Origin: Oligoflexales bacterium
GTDB taxonomy: Bacteria > Bdellovibrionota_B > Oligoflexia > Oligoflexales > Bog-1112
Assembly: GCA_045105515.1 (NCBI GenBank)
Contig: JBGCDR010000333.1
Coordinates: 1-37,192 of the forward strand
Length of the DNA: 37,192 bases
Direction of reading: 5' to 3'
In this document: piece after piece, positions 1 through 8,876 of the stretch
How the letters are laid out: each line of letters begins with the position of its first letter
Numbering within the stretch: position 1 is the first letter of the stretch
The notes under the pieces: model-generated
The model's database searches: none
Seen by the model: only the letters and a program-made list of their open reading frames with translations
What the model was told of the DNA's origin: nothing
Position numbers and translations under genes: made by a program

Positions 1-184
1 AAGATCGGCATTGTGTTGGCGGTAAATATAGACACCGACACCGCCGTGATTTTTTTTACATAATTAAAATCATCGGAAACTCTGTCATAAATCAATTTTA
101 GAGGATCTTTCTACAGATTAGGTCCTAGATGCCAGTCTATATAATCACATTTTCCAGGTAGTTATTTGTTTTTGGAGAACTGAT

Positions 185-799
185 GTGTCAAAACTTTTAG
201 TTTATTATGCTCATCCCGGGCACAAGCATTCACAAGTAAATAGAGAAATGGCTGCAATTGCAGAACAAATAGAGAGTCTTACCTATCAAGACCTCTATGC
301 CAAATATCCTCGCTACGATATAGACGTGGAAGCAGAGCAAAAGCTCCTTGTCGATCATGACGTTATTCTCTTCCAATTTCCTCTTTTTTGGTATTCAACC
401 CCTTCATTAATTAAAGAGTGGATTGATCTAGTGCTTGAGAATGGATTTGCATACGGTCATGGAGGCGACAGACTCTCAGGTAAGAATTTAATGCTAGCTA
501 TTTCAGCCGCAGGACCAGAAGAAGCCTATAAGAGCAATGGTTACCAGCATTACCCACTTCGCACGTTCTTATCCCCTTTAGAGCAAACTGCTCGGCTTTG
601 TAAAATGAATTTTGTACCCCCATACGTGCTCCATTCTTCCCTCAACGCTAAAGAATCTGGTGAGCTCAATTCCCACGTTGCATCTTATAAGAAATTACTA
701 CTGGGAATTATCAACAATACCTTTGACTTCAGTGCTGCAGCTCAGCAAAAGACCCTTTCTTACAAGAAACTTCCATTCAAACAGGGAGCCATCCAATGA
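185..799 (+). CDS. kefG: NAD(P)H-dependent flavodoxin-fold oxidoreductase, KefF/KefG-type ancillary protein of K+ efflux
   Basis: Flavodoxin_2 motifs AHP, DLYAKYP, EQKLL, QFPLFWYSTPSLIKEWIDLVL, GFAYG. GGAGA upstream of the GTG start. ATGA overlap with the downstream Kef antiporter. kefF versus kefG cannot be separated by eye. Confidence 0.9.
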   Translation: MSKLLVYYAHPGHKHSQVNREMAAIAEQIESLTYQDLYAKYPRYDIDVEAEQKLLVDHDVILFQFPLFWYSTPSLIKEWIDLVLENGFAYGHGGDRLSGKNLMLAISAAGPEEAYKSNGYQHYPLRTFLSPLEQTARLCKMNFVPPYVLHSSLNAKESGELNSHVASYKKLLLGIINNTFDFSAAAQQKTLSYKKLPFKQGAIQ

Positions 800-2721
800 C
801 CGATATCCTTCTACTTGCATCTTTATTTCTCGTTGCATCAGTCATTACCGTTCCCTTAGCAGCCCGCTTTAAACTCGGCTCTGTTCTTGGATATATTATT
901 GCGGGAGTCATTCTAAGTCCATTTTTGAGCATCCTAAAAGTAGATGTAACTACGCTTCAACATTTTGCCGAGTTCGGCGTGGTTATGATGCTATTTTTAG
1001 TAGGGCTAGAACTTGAACCAAAAGTTTTATGGCAAATGCGGCACAAGCTAATTGGATTAGGGGGGGGTCAAGTAGGCCTCACAACTTTGCTTCTCATGCT
1101 AGGCTGCCTAGCTCTAGGCTACCAATGGCAGCTATCCCTTGCAATAGGCCTTACTCTCTCACTCTCATCAACAGCGATCGTGCTACAAACACTTAATGAA
1201 AAACAGCTGATGAAATCTGAGGGAGGCAATAGCTGCTTTTCAGTACTTCTTTTTCAGGATATTGCAGTAATCCCCATGCTTGCCCTCATCCCACTTTTAG
1301 CCTTACCTAGCCAAGAGTCTGCCACAGAAGCTGCACATACTGGTGGACATGGCCACGAGTCTATGAGTTTAGTGGCTGGTTTAGAAGCTTGGCAACAGGC
1401 ACTCGTTACGATTGGAGCAGTCGTAGCGGTAATTGTTGGGGGTGTCCTTCTTGCTAGACCTATTTTTAGATTTGTAGCTTCGGCAAAACTCAGAGAAATC
1501 TTAGTAGCTACCGCTTTACTCCTAGTCTTTGGTATTGCGCTGCTGATGAGCCTGGTTGAATTATCTCCAGCGCTTGGAACCTTTCTTGCTGGTGTAGTTC
1601 TAGCCAACAGCGAATACCGACACGAACTAGAAAGTAACATTGAGCCCTTTAAGGGGCTCTTGTTGGGCTTGTTTTTTATTACGGTTGGAGCAAGCATTGA
1701 TTTTGGGCTCCTTGGAGACAATTTTTGGCAAGTTTGCCTTTTAACCTTCGGAGTGATGGGTACGAAGGCAGCAGTTCTTTGCGGCCTTTCCTATGCCTTC
1801 AAAATTCGTGGCGGTGATCGCTGGTTATTTTCCTTAGGCTTAGCCCAAGCAGGTGAATTTGGCTTTGTATTGTTAGCATTTAACGTTGCCAATGATGTTA
1901 TTCCACAAAATATTGCCGACATACTCCTGCTAGTTGTTGCGATATCTATGCTCCTAACTCCTGCAGCATTTATCCTCTATGAATTTGTAGCAAAAAAATT
2001 AAGCGGTAAGGAAGATGAACGCGAAGCTGATGAGGTAGAAGAGAAATCACCTATTATCATTGCTGGACATGGTCGTTTTGGCGGAGTTGTTAATAGAATG
2101 CTTCGTGGTTTAGGCTATCAAACCACTGTCTTAGATTACTCTTACTCACAGCTAGAAGTACTCAGAAAATATGGATTGAAGGTCTACTTTGGGGATGCAA
2201 CTCGGCCTGAGCTATTGCACGCAGCAGGCATCGAAGAAGCTGAAATTCTAATCATAGCAATCAATGAAAAAGATGCTATTACTGAAATGGCTCATTATGT
2301 ATGCAAGAATTATCCAAAAGTGCATGTGATTGCGAGAGCCTTTGATCGTCACCATGTTTATGAATTGTATGCAGCTGGTTGTCGAGACATTATTCGAGAA
2401 ACTTTTGATAGTAGCGTACGAGTAGGCCGTTCAAGCCTTGAAGCTATGGGAATACATCCCTTTGAAGCAGAACGTAAAGCTAGAAAATTTGTCCAAACCG
2501 ACAAACAAATTTTGATTTCTATGGCTCCCTTGTACAAACCCGATATTCCACCGGACCAAAATCCAGAATACGTTGCAAAAGCTATAGAAATTAGAGAAGA
2601 GATGGAAGCAATGCTCCAAGGCAACGATCGCATGTTCGACATTGGAGATCGCGCATGGCATCCTCCACGAAAGACCGAAAAATCAGGCTCGACTAGTGAA
2701 GAGTCATCCGCTAAGAATTAG
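796..2721 (+). CDS. kefB: Glutathione-regulated K+/H+ antiporter (CPA2 family, KefB/KefC) with C-terminal KTN/TrkA-N domain
   Basis: LGSVLGY, HFAEFGVVMMLFLVGLELEP, SSTAIVLQ, LLFQDIAVIP, RHELESNIEPFKGLLLGLFF, QAGEFGFV, then Rossmann motif IIAGHGRFG and YFGDAT. kefB versus kefC is not resolved. Confidence 0.95.
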   Translation: MTDILLLASLFLVASVITVPLAARFKLGSVLGYIIAGVILSPFLSILKVDVTTLQHFAEFGVVMMLFLVGLELEPKVLWQMRHKLIGLGGGQVGLTTLLLMLGCLALGYQWQLSLAIGLTLSLSSTAIVLQTLNEKQLMKSEGGNSCFSVLLFQDIAVIPMLALIPLLALPSQESATEAAHTGGHGHESMSLVAGLEAWQQALVTIGAVVAVIVGGVLLARPIFRFVASAKLREILVATALLLVFGIALLMSLVELSPALGTFLAGVVLANSEYRHELESNIEPFKGLLLGLFFITVGASIDFGLLGDNFWQVCLLTFGVMGTKAAVLCGLSYAFKIRGGDRWLFSLGLAQAGEFGFVLLAFNVANDVIPQNIADILLLVVAISMLLTPAAFILYEFVAKKLSGKEDEREADEVEEKSPIIIAGHGRFGGVVNRMLRGLGYQTTVLDYSYSQLEVLRKYGLKVYFGDATRPELLHAAGIEEAEILIIAINEKDAITEMAHYVCKNYPKVHVIARAFDRHHVYELYAAGCRDIIRETFDSSVRVGRSSLEAMGIHPFEAERKARKFVQTDKQILISMAPLYKPDIPPDQNPEYVAKAIEIREEMEAMLQGNDRMFDIGDRAWHPPRKTEKSGSTSEESSAKN

Positions 2722-2833
2722 ATGCCTCGATTCACCCTTTTCACTTCGGCATGACGAATGATAACAAGCGTTTCGACCAAACAGACCTTTAGTTGTTTCC
2801 TCTAAAAACAAGTCATTTTGATCAAACCATCCG

Positions 2834-3057
2834 GTCACTTCGACCATAGTGGAGAAATCCTCTTAAATTCATTTCTTGAAAGAGATTTCTCCATTCGCAC
2901 AGTTCAGTCGAGATGACACCTTCGGTATGACGAACCACAATGATCATTTCGAATCAACGATTAAGGCTTTTCAATCAAAAATTTAAGTCTTTTCGACCAT
3001 GGTGGAGAAACCCTCTATCAGAATCAGAAGCATGCTCCAAAAAATAATTTTCTCCAT
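2834..3057. repeat. Cluster of GTCA-tagged REP-like palindromic repeats
   Basis: GTCACTTCGACCATAGTGGAGAAATC (2834-2859) faces the inverted unit GATTTCTCCATTCGCACAGTTCAGTCGAGATGAC (2884-2917). A degenerate second copy GTCTTTTCGACCATGGTGGAGAAACC (2987-3012) has a partial partner TTTTCTCCAT (3048-3057). Confidence 0.75.
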
Positions 3058-3169
3058 TATTAGATCGGGTATCTTAAATACATTTATCCCTATAAGATTC
3101 AAATCTCCTAGCTAGGAACTTGTGAGCATTTAATTTAGGAATAAATTATTTCATTAAAAGGAAGCTCAT

Positions 3170-3958
3170 ATGCACAAGCTAATCATTTTATTAGTGAATT
3201 TGGGAATCTTCTCGGTAAAGATAAATGCATCTATTTTCAATCCACCAGTTGTTTGGAGCAAATGGGATAGCTTCAATTTAACCCTATGTGAAGCTACTCC
3301 TCACGATCAAGAATCCTTACTAAATATTGATACAGCAATAAATGTTTTGCTGGGGCCAGATCCTACCCAAACACCAGACTTTTGGAGCAAGAGTATCATC
3401 CTATTCCGAGCTACGAGTAGACCCTTAGACTCTCTAATGGATTTAAACAATATCAACCTTGGCAATCTTTACGGTCAACTCCGCTTCCTCGAAACCAAAG
3501 CAAAGCACCTCGGAAAAGAGAAAGCTAAAACCCTTTATTTAAAGGCTATTAAAGTAAAGATCAACATGCGACTCATCTCGGACTATTTCCACTGTGAGCA
3601 GGGTAAATGCGAATTTCGTCTGACTTGTCATATGGGGCCCTGTTCCACTTCTCTTGAGACTATCAGCGTTCCTTACAACCGAGTAGGCATTAAGCTTGGT
3701 ACCGAGAATATCCAGTTGTCACGTTGTGGTCGCAGTCATGTTTGCCCAGAAGACATTTGCTTGAAGCCTAGTGAAGGAGAAGTCAAATTCAAAGCTTGTG
3801 TTAATGATGAACATCAAGACCTTGATTGCTATTATGGATTTACTAAGGAGGGCCATCGTTTGTCCTACAAAATTATAGGACAATCCGACAGTAAAAGAAT
3901 AGATTGGGAAGGAAATATAAGAGAACAGCTGCATCAAATTACTAGTGAAATCTACTAG
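3170..3958 (+). CDS. Hypothetical exported protein with Cys-rich C-terminal half
   Basis: 262-aa ORF with AAGGAAG RBS and an N-terminal signal-like segment. About 10 Cys, mostly in the C-terminal half. No family recognised. Confidence 0.75.
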   Translation: MHKLIILLVNLGIFSVKINASIFNPPVVWSKWDSFNLTLCEATPHDQESLLNIDTAINVLLGPDPTQTPDFWSKSIILFRATSRPLDSLMDLNNINLGNLYGQLRFLETKAKHLGKEKAKTLYLKAIKVKINMRLISDYFHCEQGKCEFRLTCHMGPCSTSLETISVPYNRVGIKLGTENIQLSRCGRSHVCPEDICLKPSEGEVKFKACVNDEHQDLDCYYGFTKEGHRLSYKIIGQSDSKRIDWEGNIREQLHQITSEIY

Positions 3959-5532
3959 TTACACTGAGTACCGAACAATTGTTTTTCAATGTCACATTGG
4001 GTATTTTTCAGCTTAGCTAATTTTTGAGAATTTGCAACTATGCTTCCTTTGAAAGCTTTAAAATGATCTTCATAAGAATAAGATTTTGAGTTTGCAAGAC
4101 CGTAACCAGTAGCTCCATCGACTAATAAAATAGTACCGACAATAGCAGCAACTGCTAAAGCTGGAGCCACCATTGCTGTTCTTCTTGTGACGGATACTAA
4201 GTCGTTATCTGGCAGCTTAAATTTCACTTCTTCACCTTGTTTTCCAAACCTAAAAGGCTGTCCATCAGCTTTGATTAGCTTTGTTTCTCCCGTACCTGCC
4301 GAAGTACTAAAGCGTCCTCCATCAACTCTAATGGCCTTTATGTATTTTGCATCAAAGTCAGCTCTTTCATTAAGATCAAGTCCCTTATAAAATGGGCTAT
4401 CTTTTATCTCACTGAATTGATCCCATTTTGCCTTGTTGCCAGCAATGTAGTCCACGGTCTTCCAGGTTGCACCTCCTACCAAAGCACCAAAAATAAGAAC
4501 TTCTCCAGCTACAGCAGTTGCATTAGTCCAGCGCTTGTGAATTTTGACTTCTGAATACTTGTCCTCTTCTTTTTTGGGCTGGTAACAAGCTCTTTCTTTG
4601 TTGACCCAAATATAGCCGGCAGCGTCACATCTCAAAGCGTTAGTAATATCTGTCTTCTCACCTAGTTCTCTTTCTTTTTTTCCTTCATCAGTAAGTGCTA
4701 AGCCAGCACCCGTTGATTCCTGAGCAGCAGTGTCCGCCATAGTTTCTAAGATAGCAGAAGAATAAACAGCAGACATTGCCCAAGGTGCTCGTTCAACGTT
4801 GTGAGCTGTGGTGTAAAGCACCTGCTCTTCTTTACTCGCATTGCGGTAGTTATTGGTGCTGGGATATTCATATTTTTTCTCAAAAGCTGCTTTAAATTTC
4901 GCTGCAGGGGCTGCAAGATGATCTTTTACGAAATTTTTTAGCTGTTGTTTATTTGCAGCCCGCTGATCAAGTAACGATTTTTGATCTGAGCTAACTGGGT
5001 TTGGTGTAGATATAGAGAAATTGACCCGGTCACTCCAATTCCCACAACTAGATTTATCGCTAGCGGAACCATTACAAACACGAACCTGCACTGACATCGC
5101 GCCGTTTACGATTTTATTGTTGTAATCCTTAGGAGGTGTAAAATCCGCTAAAAAAAGAGGGGAAGAAAGTTCAGGGAAGCATTGCTCTTGTGGCTGAGTG
5201 ATATCAAAGCAGAACCTGACCATTCCATAGTGAGCATCTGCAGGCTTCTCAGGTGCAAACTTAACCACGATCATGTTAGTATCTCCCACTACGTAAGGAT
5301 CTACCTCCACACTCCCTTGCTTAACATTTAAATTTGCTCCACTATTTGAATTTTGTGTTAGCAAGAATTTTGGCATTTCGAATGACTGCCCTTGAGCATC
5401 AGCACCATTTCCTGCTGGCCTCTGTGGGCTTTTTACTTTGCTGGTTTTACACTGTATCATGCCTGCTGTCAGACTCAATACCACTAAAAGCTTTACTAAC
5501 ATAACATTCCCCATGTTGATTAGATAATTCAC
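3955..5532 (-). CDS. Hypothetical lipoprotein: FN3-like domain, helical region, two hydrophobic helices
   Basis: 525-aa ORF. Hydrophobic leader ends in GMIQ-C. VQVRVCN...CGNWS resembles the C-terminal strands of FN3. Two Ala/Gly/Val-rich hydrophobic segments. The exact start is uncertain (GTG 5532 or a downstream ATG). Confidence 0.75.
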   Translation of the reverse strand: MNYLINMGNVMLVKLLVVLSLTAGMIQCKTSKVKSPQRPAGNGADAQGQSFEMPKFLLTQNSNSGANLNVKQGSVEVDPYVVGDTNMIVVKFAPEKPADAHYGMVRFCFDITQPQEQCFPELSSPLFLADFTPPKDYNNKIVNGAMSVQVRVCNGSASDKSSCGNWSDRVNFSISTPNPVSSDQKSLLDQRAANKQQLKNFVKDHLAAPAAKFKAAFEKKYEYPSTNNYRNASKEEQVLYTTAHNVERAPWAMSAVYSSAILETMADTAAQESTGAGLALTDEGKKERELGEKTDITNALRCDAAGYIWVNKERACYQPKKEEDKYSEVKIHKRWTNATAVAGEVLIFGALVGGATWKTVDYIAGNKAKWDQFSEIKDSPFYKGLDLNERADFDAKYIKAIRVDGGRFSTSAGTGETKLIKADGQPFRFGKQGEEVKFKLPDNDLVSVTRRTAMVAPALAVAAIVGTILLVDGATGYGLANSKSYSYEDHFKAFKGSIVANSQKLAKLKNTQCDIEKQLFGTQCN

Positions 5533-5632
5533 ACTCTTAAACTGCCTTTAAACTGAATCAAACTAAGCATCTAGACTCAGTCATAAGTCTTATTCATGAT
5601 CCCATTTCATTTGACCTTCTATGCACTGGCTA

Positions 5633-5660
5633 TTTTCGGGTCTTCAAGGCCAAAAGTTTA
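5633..5660 (-). promoter_or_regulatory. Putative sigma28 (FliA)-type promoter
   Basis: Minus strand reads TAAA-N16-CCCGAAAA about 100 nt upstream of the 5532 gene. Confidence 0.4.
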
Positions 5661-5850
5661 GAAAACTTTCCAAAAAACTTTAGTCAGCATAGTATTTTTA
5701 ATATATCCATTTAATATTAAATTGTTTTTTAATGTATAGAATTCCTATTTATTCAGATTTACCACCTCTAACAGCCTCACCTCATTTGACGAGGAAGATC
5801 AAGGTTTTTAAAATACAAGGCATAGCTTTTGTTCCCCAAGCGAGGAAATT

Positions 5851-6546
5851 ATGTACCTTCGTTATCTCCATATTATGATTTTTATATGCAGCTTGGGTTT
5901 CCATTCTGAACTCAAAGCTGCAAGTCAAATCAAAAAAGAAATTGATCAAAAGGAAACCATTTTAAATTTATTATATCTGAGAAAATTTGAACCTGCAGTG
6001 AGCCTACTTAAATCCTTGTCTTCAGACTCTGCATACTACAGAGATTTATTAGTGGGAGTTCAGGTGCAAATCCTAGCTCACAAGGAAAAATGGAATGACA
6101 TTGTCAATTTCAACTTTCCCTCTGAACTTGGTGCCTTCGGAAAGACACTGGTTTACATAGCTAAAGGAATGGCTTTTGCCCACAAACGAGACATGCAGCA
6201 AGCAATCGAACAGATAAGACTCATAAATGAGCTTAAATCTCATAAAAGCTACAAGAGACTACAGAAAGAAGTAGACTATAGTTCCTTATTTCTAAGTGGC
6301 TATGTAAGGCTTCAACAGCGAAAATTTCACAATACTCTGCGATTATTCAAACGCTCATCAAAAATCGAAAGTAAATTTCAAATAAAAAATCCCTATTCAT
6401 GGGTATACAATGCCCTATTCTATTTAGGATTTACCTACGAACTTACCGCAAGAAAGCATGAAGCGGTGGCTAGTTACAAAAAAGTTCTGAAGCGGTGGCC
6501 TAATATGACTAAGGCAGCACTAAAAATCAAAGAGATCTCTATCTAG
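5851..6546 (+). CDS. Exported TPR-repeat protein
   Basis: Signal peptide (ELKA-A) and GAGG RBS. TPR-like helices IAKGMAFA and ALFYLGFTYELTARKHEAVASYKKVLKRWPN. Confidence 0.75.
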   Translation: MYLRYLHIMIFICSLGFHSELKAASQIKKEIDQKETILNLLYLRKFEPAVSLLKSLSSDSAYYRDLLVGVQVQILAHKEKWNDIVNFNFPSELGAFGKTLVYIAKGMAFAHKRDMQQAIEQIRLINELKSHKSYKRLQKEVDYSSLFLSGYVRLQQRKFHNTLRLFKRSSKIESKFQIKNPYSWVYNALFYLGFTYELTARKHEAVASYKKVLKRWPNMTKAALKIKEISI

Positions 6547-7925
6547 CGAGGCCTTATCTCATCATCGTCAAGTACCTTAATTAATTCTTTTCGGTCTAAG
6601 GCTCGGAACACATCTCTGACAGATTTACCATGCTTGTCTGGTATATCCGGATCCGCCCCGCTTTCCAGTAGCAATTTCAATATATGCACATCGGTAGGAT
6701 GGGGCGCACCGAGGTTGCCAACAACCATAAAAAGGGCTGTGCGCCCTTTATTGGGCTCCACTGCATTCAAAGAAACCCCCTGATCTATTAAAATATCAAT
6801 AAAATCAGGGTTTTTAGCTAAAACAGCCTGCATCAATAAGGTGAAGCCTCTCTTATCAAGCTGATCAATGTCGATTCCATCTTCTAGAAAAGCATTAAAA
6901 ATTAAAATATCATCTCGACGTCCGCGATTTTTTTGCACAACCCTTTCAAACGCGGTTAAATTTCCAAAGCCAGAACCTCTAAGATCCTTGATTGCATCAT
7001 GATCTAGCAGCAAGGAAACCAACTCGGCATGCCCTAATTCTACAGCTCTAATAAGAGGGGTATCTTTATGAGCATCAAAAATATTAGGATTTGCTCCCAT
7101 GTACAATAGAGAGCGAGCAATCTTCACCTCTTTTCTTGCTCGGGATTTTATACCTGCCAATGCTAACAGTGCTGTTTCACCATTATGGTTTCGCACATCA
7201 ACTGATCCTCCGGCATCGAGGTATGCCTTCGCTTGCTTCCACCTTAATGCTCTAATATCTGCTAAAAACTTATAAAGCTTAAGGTCTAAGCCATGCAATT
7301 GTTCTGGATCAGCACCAGCCTTCATTAAAATTTTTGCCACATCGGAATGACCATGGTAGGCAGCGGCATAAAGAAATCCTGGTTTTTTTGCATTTGCTTT
7401 CAAGCTCAATAAAACCTTTGTAGGAATAACAAAACCACGCCGGGCGCTGTGATACAAGTAAAAGTCGCGGTAGTAGTAATTTCCCAAGACAAGATGAAAA
7501 AGAACAAGTAATGCACCAACAGTCTTATGTTTAATTTTTAGCGGACCAAATCCAATAACCCATTGCTTTGGGTAGTTGATAAAAAACAACATAAATTGAA
7601 CAAATGGGAGTATTAATAACTTAGTACTCAGCGGAGAGGTAGGCCCCTCCAACCACCTAAAATAGATATAAAGAATGATATTTGCGATTATAAAATTAAC
7701 CTTGCCTAAAAGCTTATGGGCTGACTGACCAAGAAAATAATATGCTGATAAAAAACCCAGAGATAATGGAAAAAGCACAAAAATAATGACCAATGATGCT
7801 ACCATACTGTTTCCCTCATCTGCTCCAATGCGAGCAAATGCGTCCGTAGCGATCGAACTGAGGGCCAATACAATAAAAGTCAATAGCATGGAGATTTTTA
7901 TCTGACTTGACAATGAACTCTTCAT
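6543..7925 (-). CDS. Membrane protein with C-terminal ankyrin repeats
   Basis: Signal-like N-terminus (DAFA) and about 4 TM segments. Ankyrin motifs GETALLALA, DTPLIRAVELGHAELVSLLL, GFTLLMQAV, GRTALFMVV, LLLESGADPDIPDKHG. Confidence 0.9.
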   Translation of the reverse strand: MKSSLSSQIKISMLLTFIVLALSSIATDAFARIGADEGNSMVASLVIIFVLFPLSLGFLSAYYFLGQSAHKLLGKVNFIIANIILYIYFRWLEGPTSPLSTKLLILPFVQFMLFFINYPKQWVIGFGPLKIKHKTVGALLVLFHLVLGNYYYRDFYLYHSARRGFVIPTKVLLSLKANAKKPGFLYAAAYHGHSDVAKILMKAGADPEQLHGLDLKLYKFLADIRALRWKQAKAYLDAGGSVDVRNHNGETALLALAGIKSRARKEVKIARSLLYMGANPNIFDAHKDTPLIRAVELGHAELVSLLLDHDAIKDLRGSGFGNLTAFERVVQKNRGRRDDILIFNAFLEDGIDIDQLDKRGFTLLMQAVLAKNPDFIDILIDQGVSLNAVEPNKGRTALFMVVGNLGAPHPTDVHILKLLLESGADPDIPDKHGKSVRDVFRALDRKELIKVLDDDEIRPR

Positions 7926-8153
7926 ACCATCCTTTTTTCAAATCCTTATTGGTTCAAAAGCTCTATGAGCTTATGTCATATTGATAACCATTATTATAGC
8001 GTGACTGAGCTAGAGAATCCTAACATTAAGCTTTGGAAATAAGCCCATAAGTTTTGAAGATTCCACAAATTCACCTCTTCTCTTGACTATTTTTATACTT
8101 TGAGCAAGATTATTGCTTTAATATAAGTAACCCATTCTGACTTATAGATTTAT

Positions 8154-8876
8154 ATGATAAAAAGTAAACTTATTATAATTTCATGTATCAGCCTCACTTG
8201 CTTAGGTATTCTAGTAGCTTTTGTGGCAAACAGCTGGTATCAGCCAGTTGGTCTTGCAAAAGATGCGATAAAGACAACCCTCAGTGAATCTGATCAGATA
8301 AAACTGGCTTCAAAATTAGGGATTATTGATTCATGGACTCCTTACACCCCAGCAATGAATGAATCGATTGACAAATGGAAGCCTGAGACCGGTAAAGTTA
8401 TCTTCCAGGTGAAATTGGCCGAAGGCGAGCTAAGATATCTAGTAGCTAAAAAGCGCGCACGTGGAAGAAAATCAAAGGACGAATGCTGGGAATTTCCTGG
8501 AGGCAGGATAGACCGAAATGAAACCGCATTACAAGCAACTCTAAGAGAACTTCGGGAAGAGGACCCAACCCAGACTCTTTATCATAGTTTTTTAAATGCC
8601 TATAAACAAAATGAGAGCACCATTGAGTTTAAAGCCTTAAAACTAGCAAATGGTGAAAGGCATGTGGTATTTAAGTTAAATATATATGATGCTGAACTCG
8701 CACCGCTTTTGCAACTCAGTAAAGCCAAATACCCACTAAGCAAAGAAATCTATGAATTTCTGCACATCCCCATAGAAAAACTCAACACGAAAAAGAAAGC
8801 TTTCCGAAAACTCTGGACTTCTAAAAGTAGAAAGATACTCAAATCTTTAAGAACTATAAAAAGCCAGGGTGCTTGA
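8154..8876 (+). CDS. Nudix hydrolase with N-terminal signal/anchor
   Basis: WEFPGGRIDRNETALQATLRELREE matches the Nudix box GX5EX7REUXEE. Residues 6-25 are hydrophobic. Confidence 0.85.
   Translation: MIKSKLIIISCISLTCLGILVAFVANSWYQPVGLAKDAIKTTLSESDQIKLASKLGIIDSWTPYTPAMNESIDKWKPETGKVIFQVKLAEGELRYLVAKKRARGRKSKDECWEFPGGRIDRNETALQATLRELREEDPTQTLYHSFLNAYKQNESTIEFKALKLANGERHVVFKLNIYDAELAPLLQLSKAKYPLSKEIYEFLHIPIEKLNTKKKAFRKLWTSKSRKILKSLRTIKSQGA

Noticed and set aside
1..95. Possible gene start on the minus strand (TTG...YDRVSDDFNYVKKITAV) and a GGCGGT/ACCGCC inverted repeat
   Set aside because: Truncated by the window edge with no RBS or motif, so it cannot be supported.
2743..3057. Repeat cluster as a CRISPR array or integron attC sites
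   Set aside because: Units are inverted, irregularly spaced and degenerate. There are no cas or intI genes and no RYYYAAC/GTTRRRY box pairing.
5817..5834. Sigma54-like site AGGCATAGCTTTTGT before the TPR gene
   Set aside because: The -12 GC is replaced by GT and the site is too close to the start codon.
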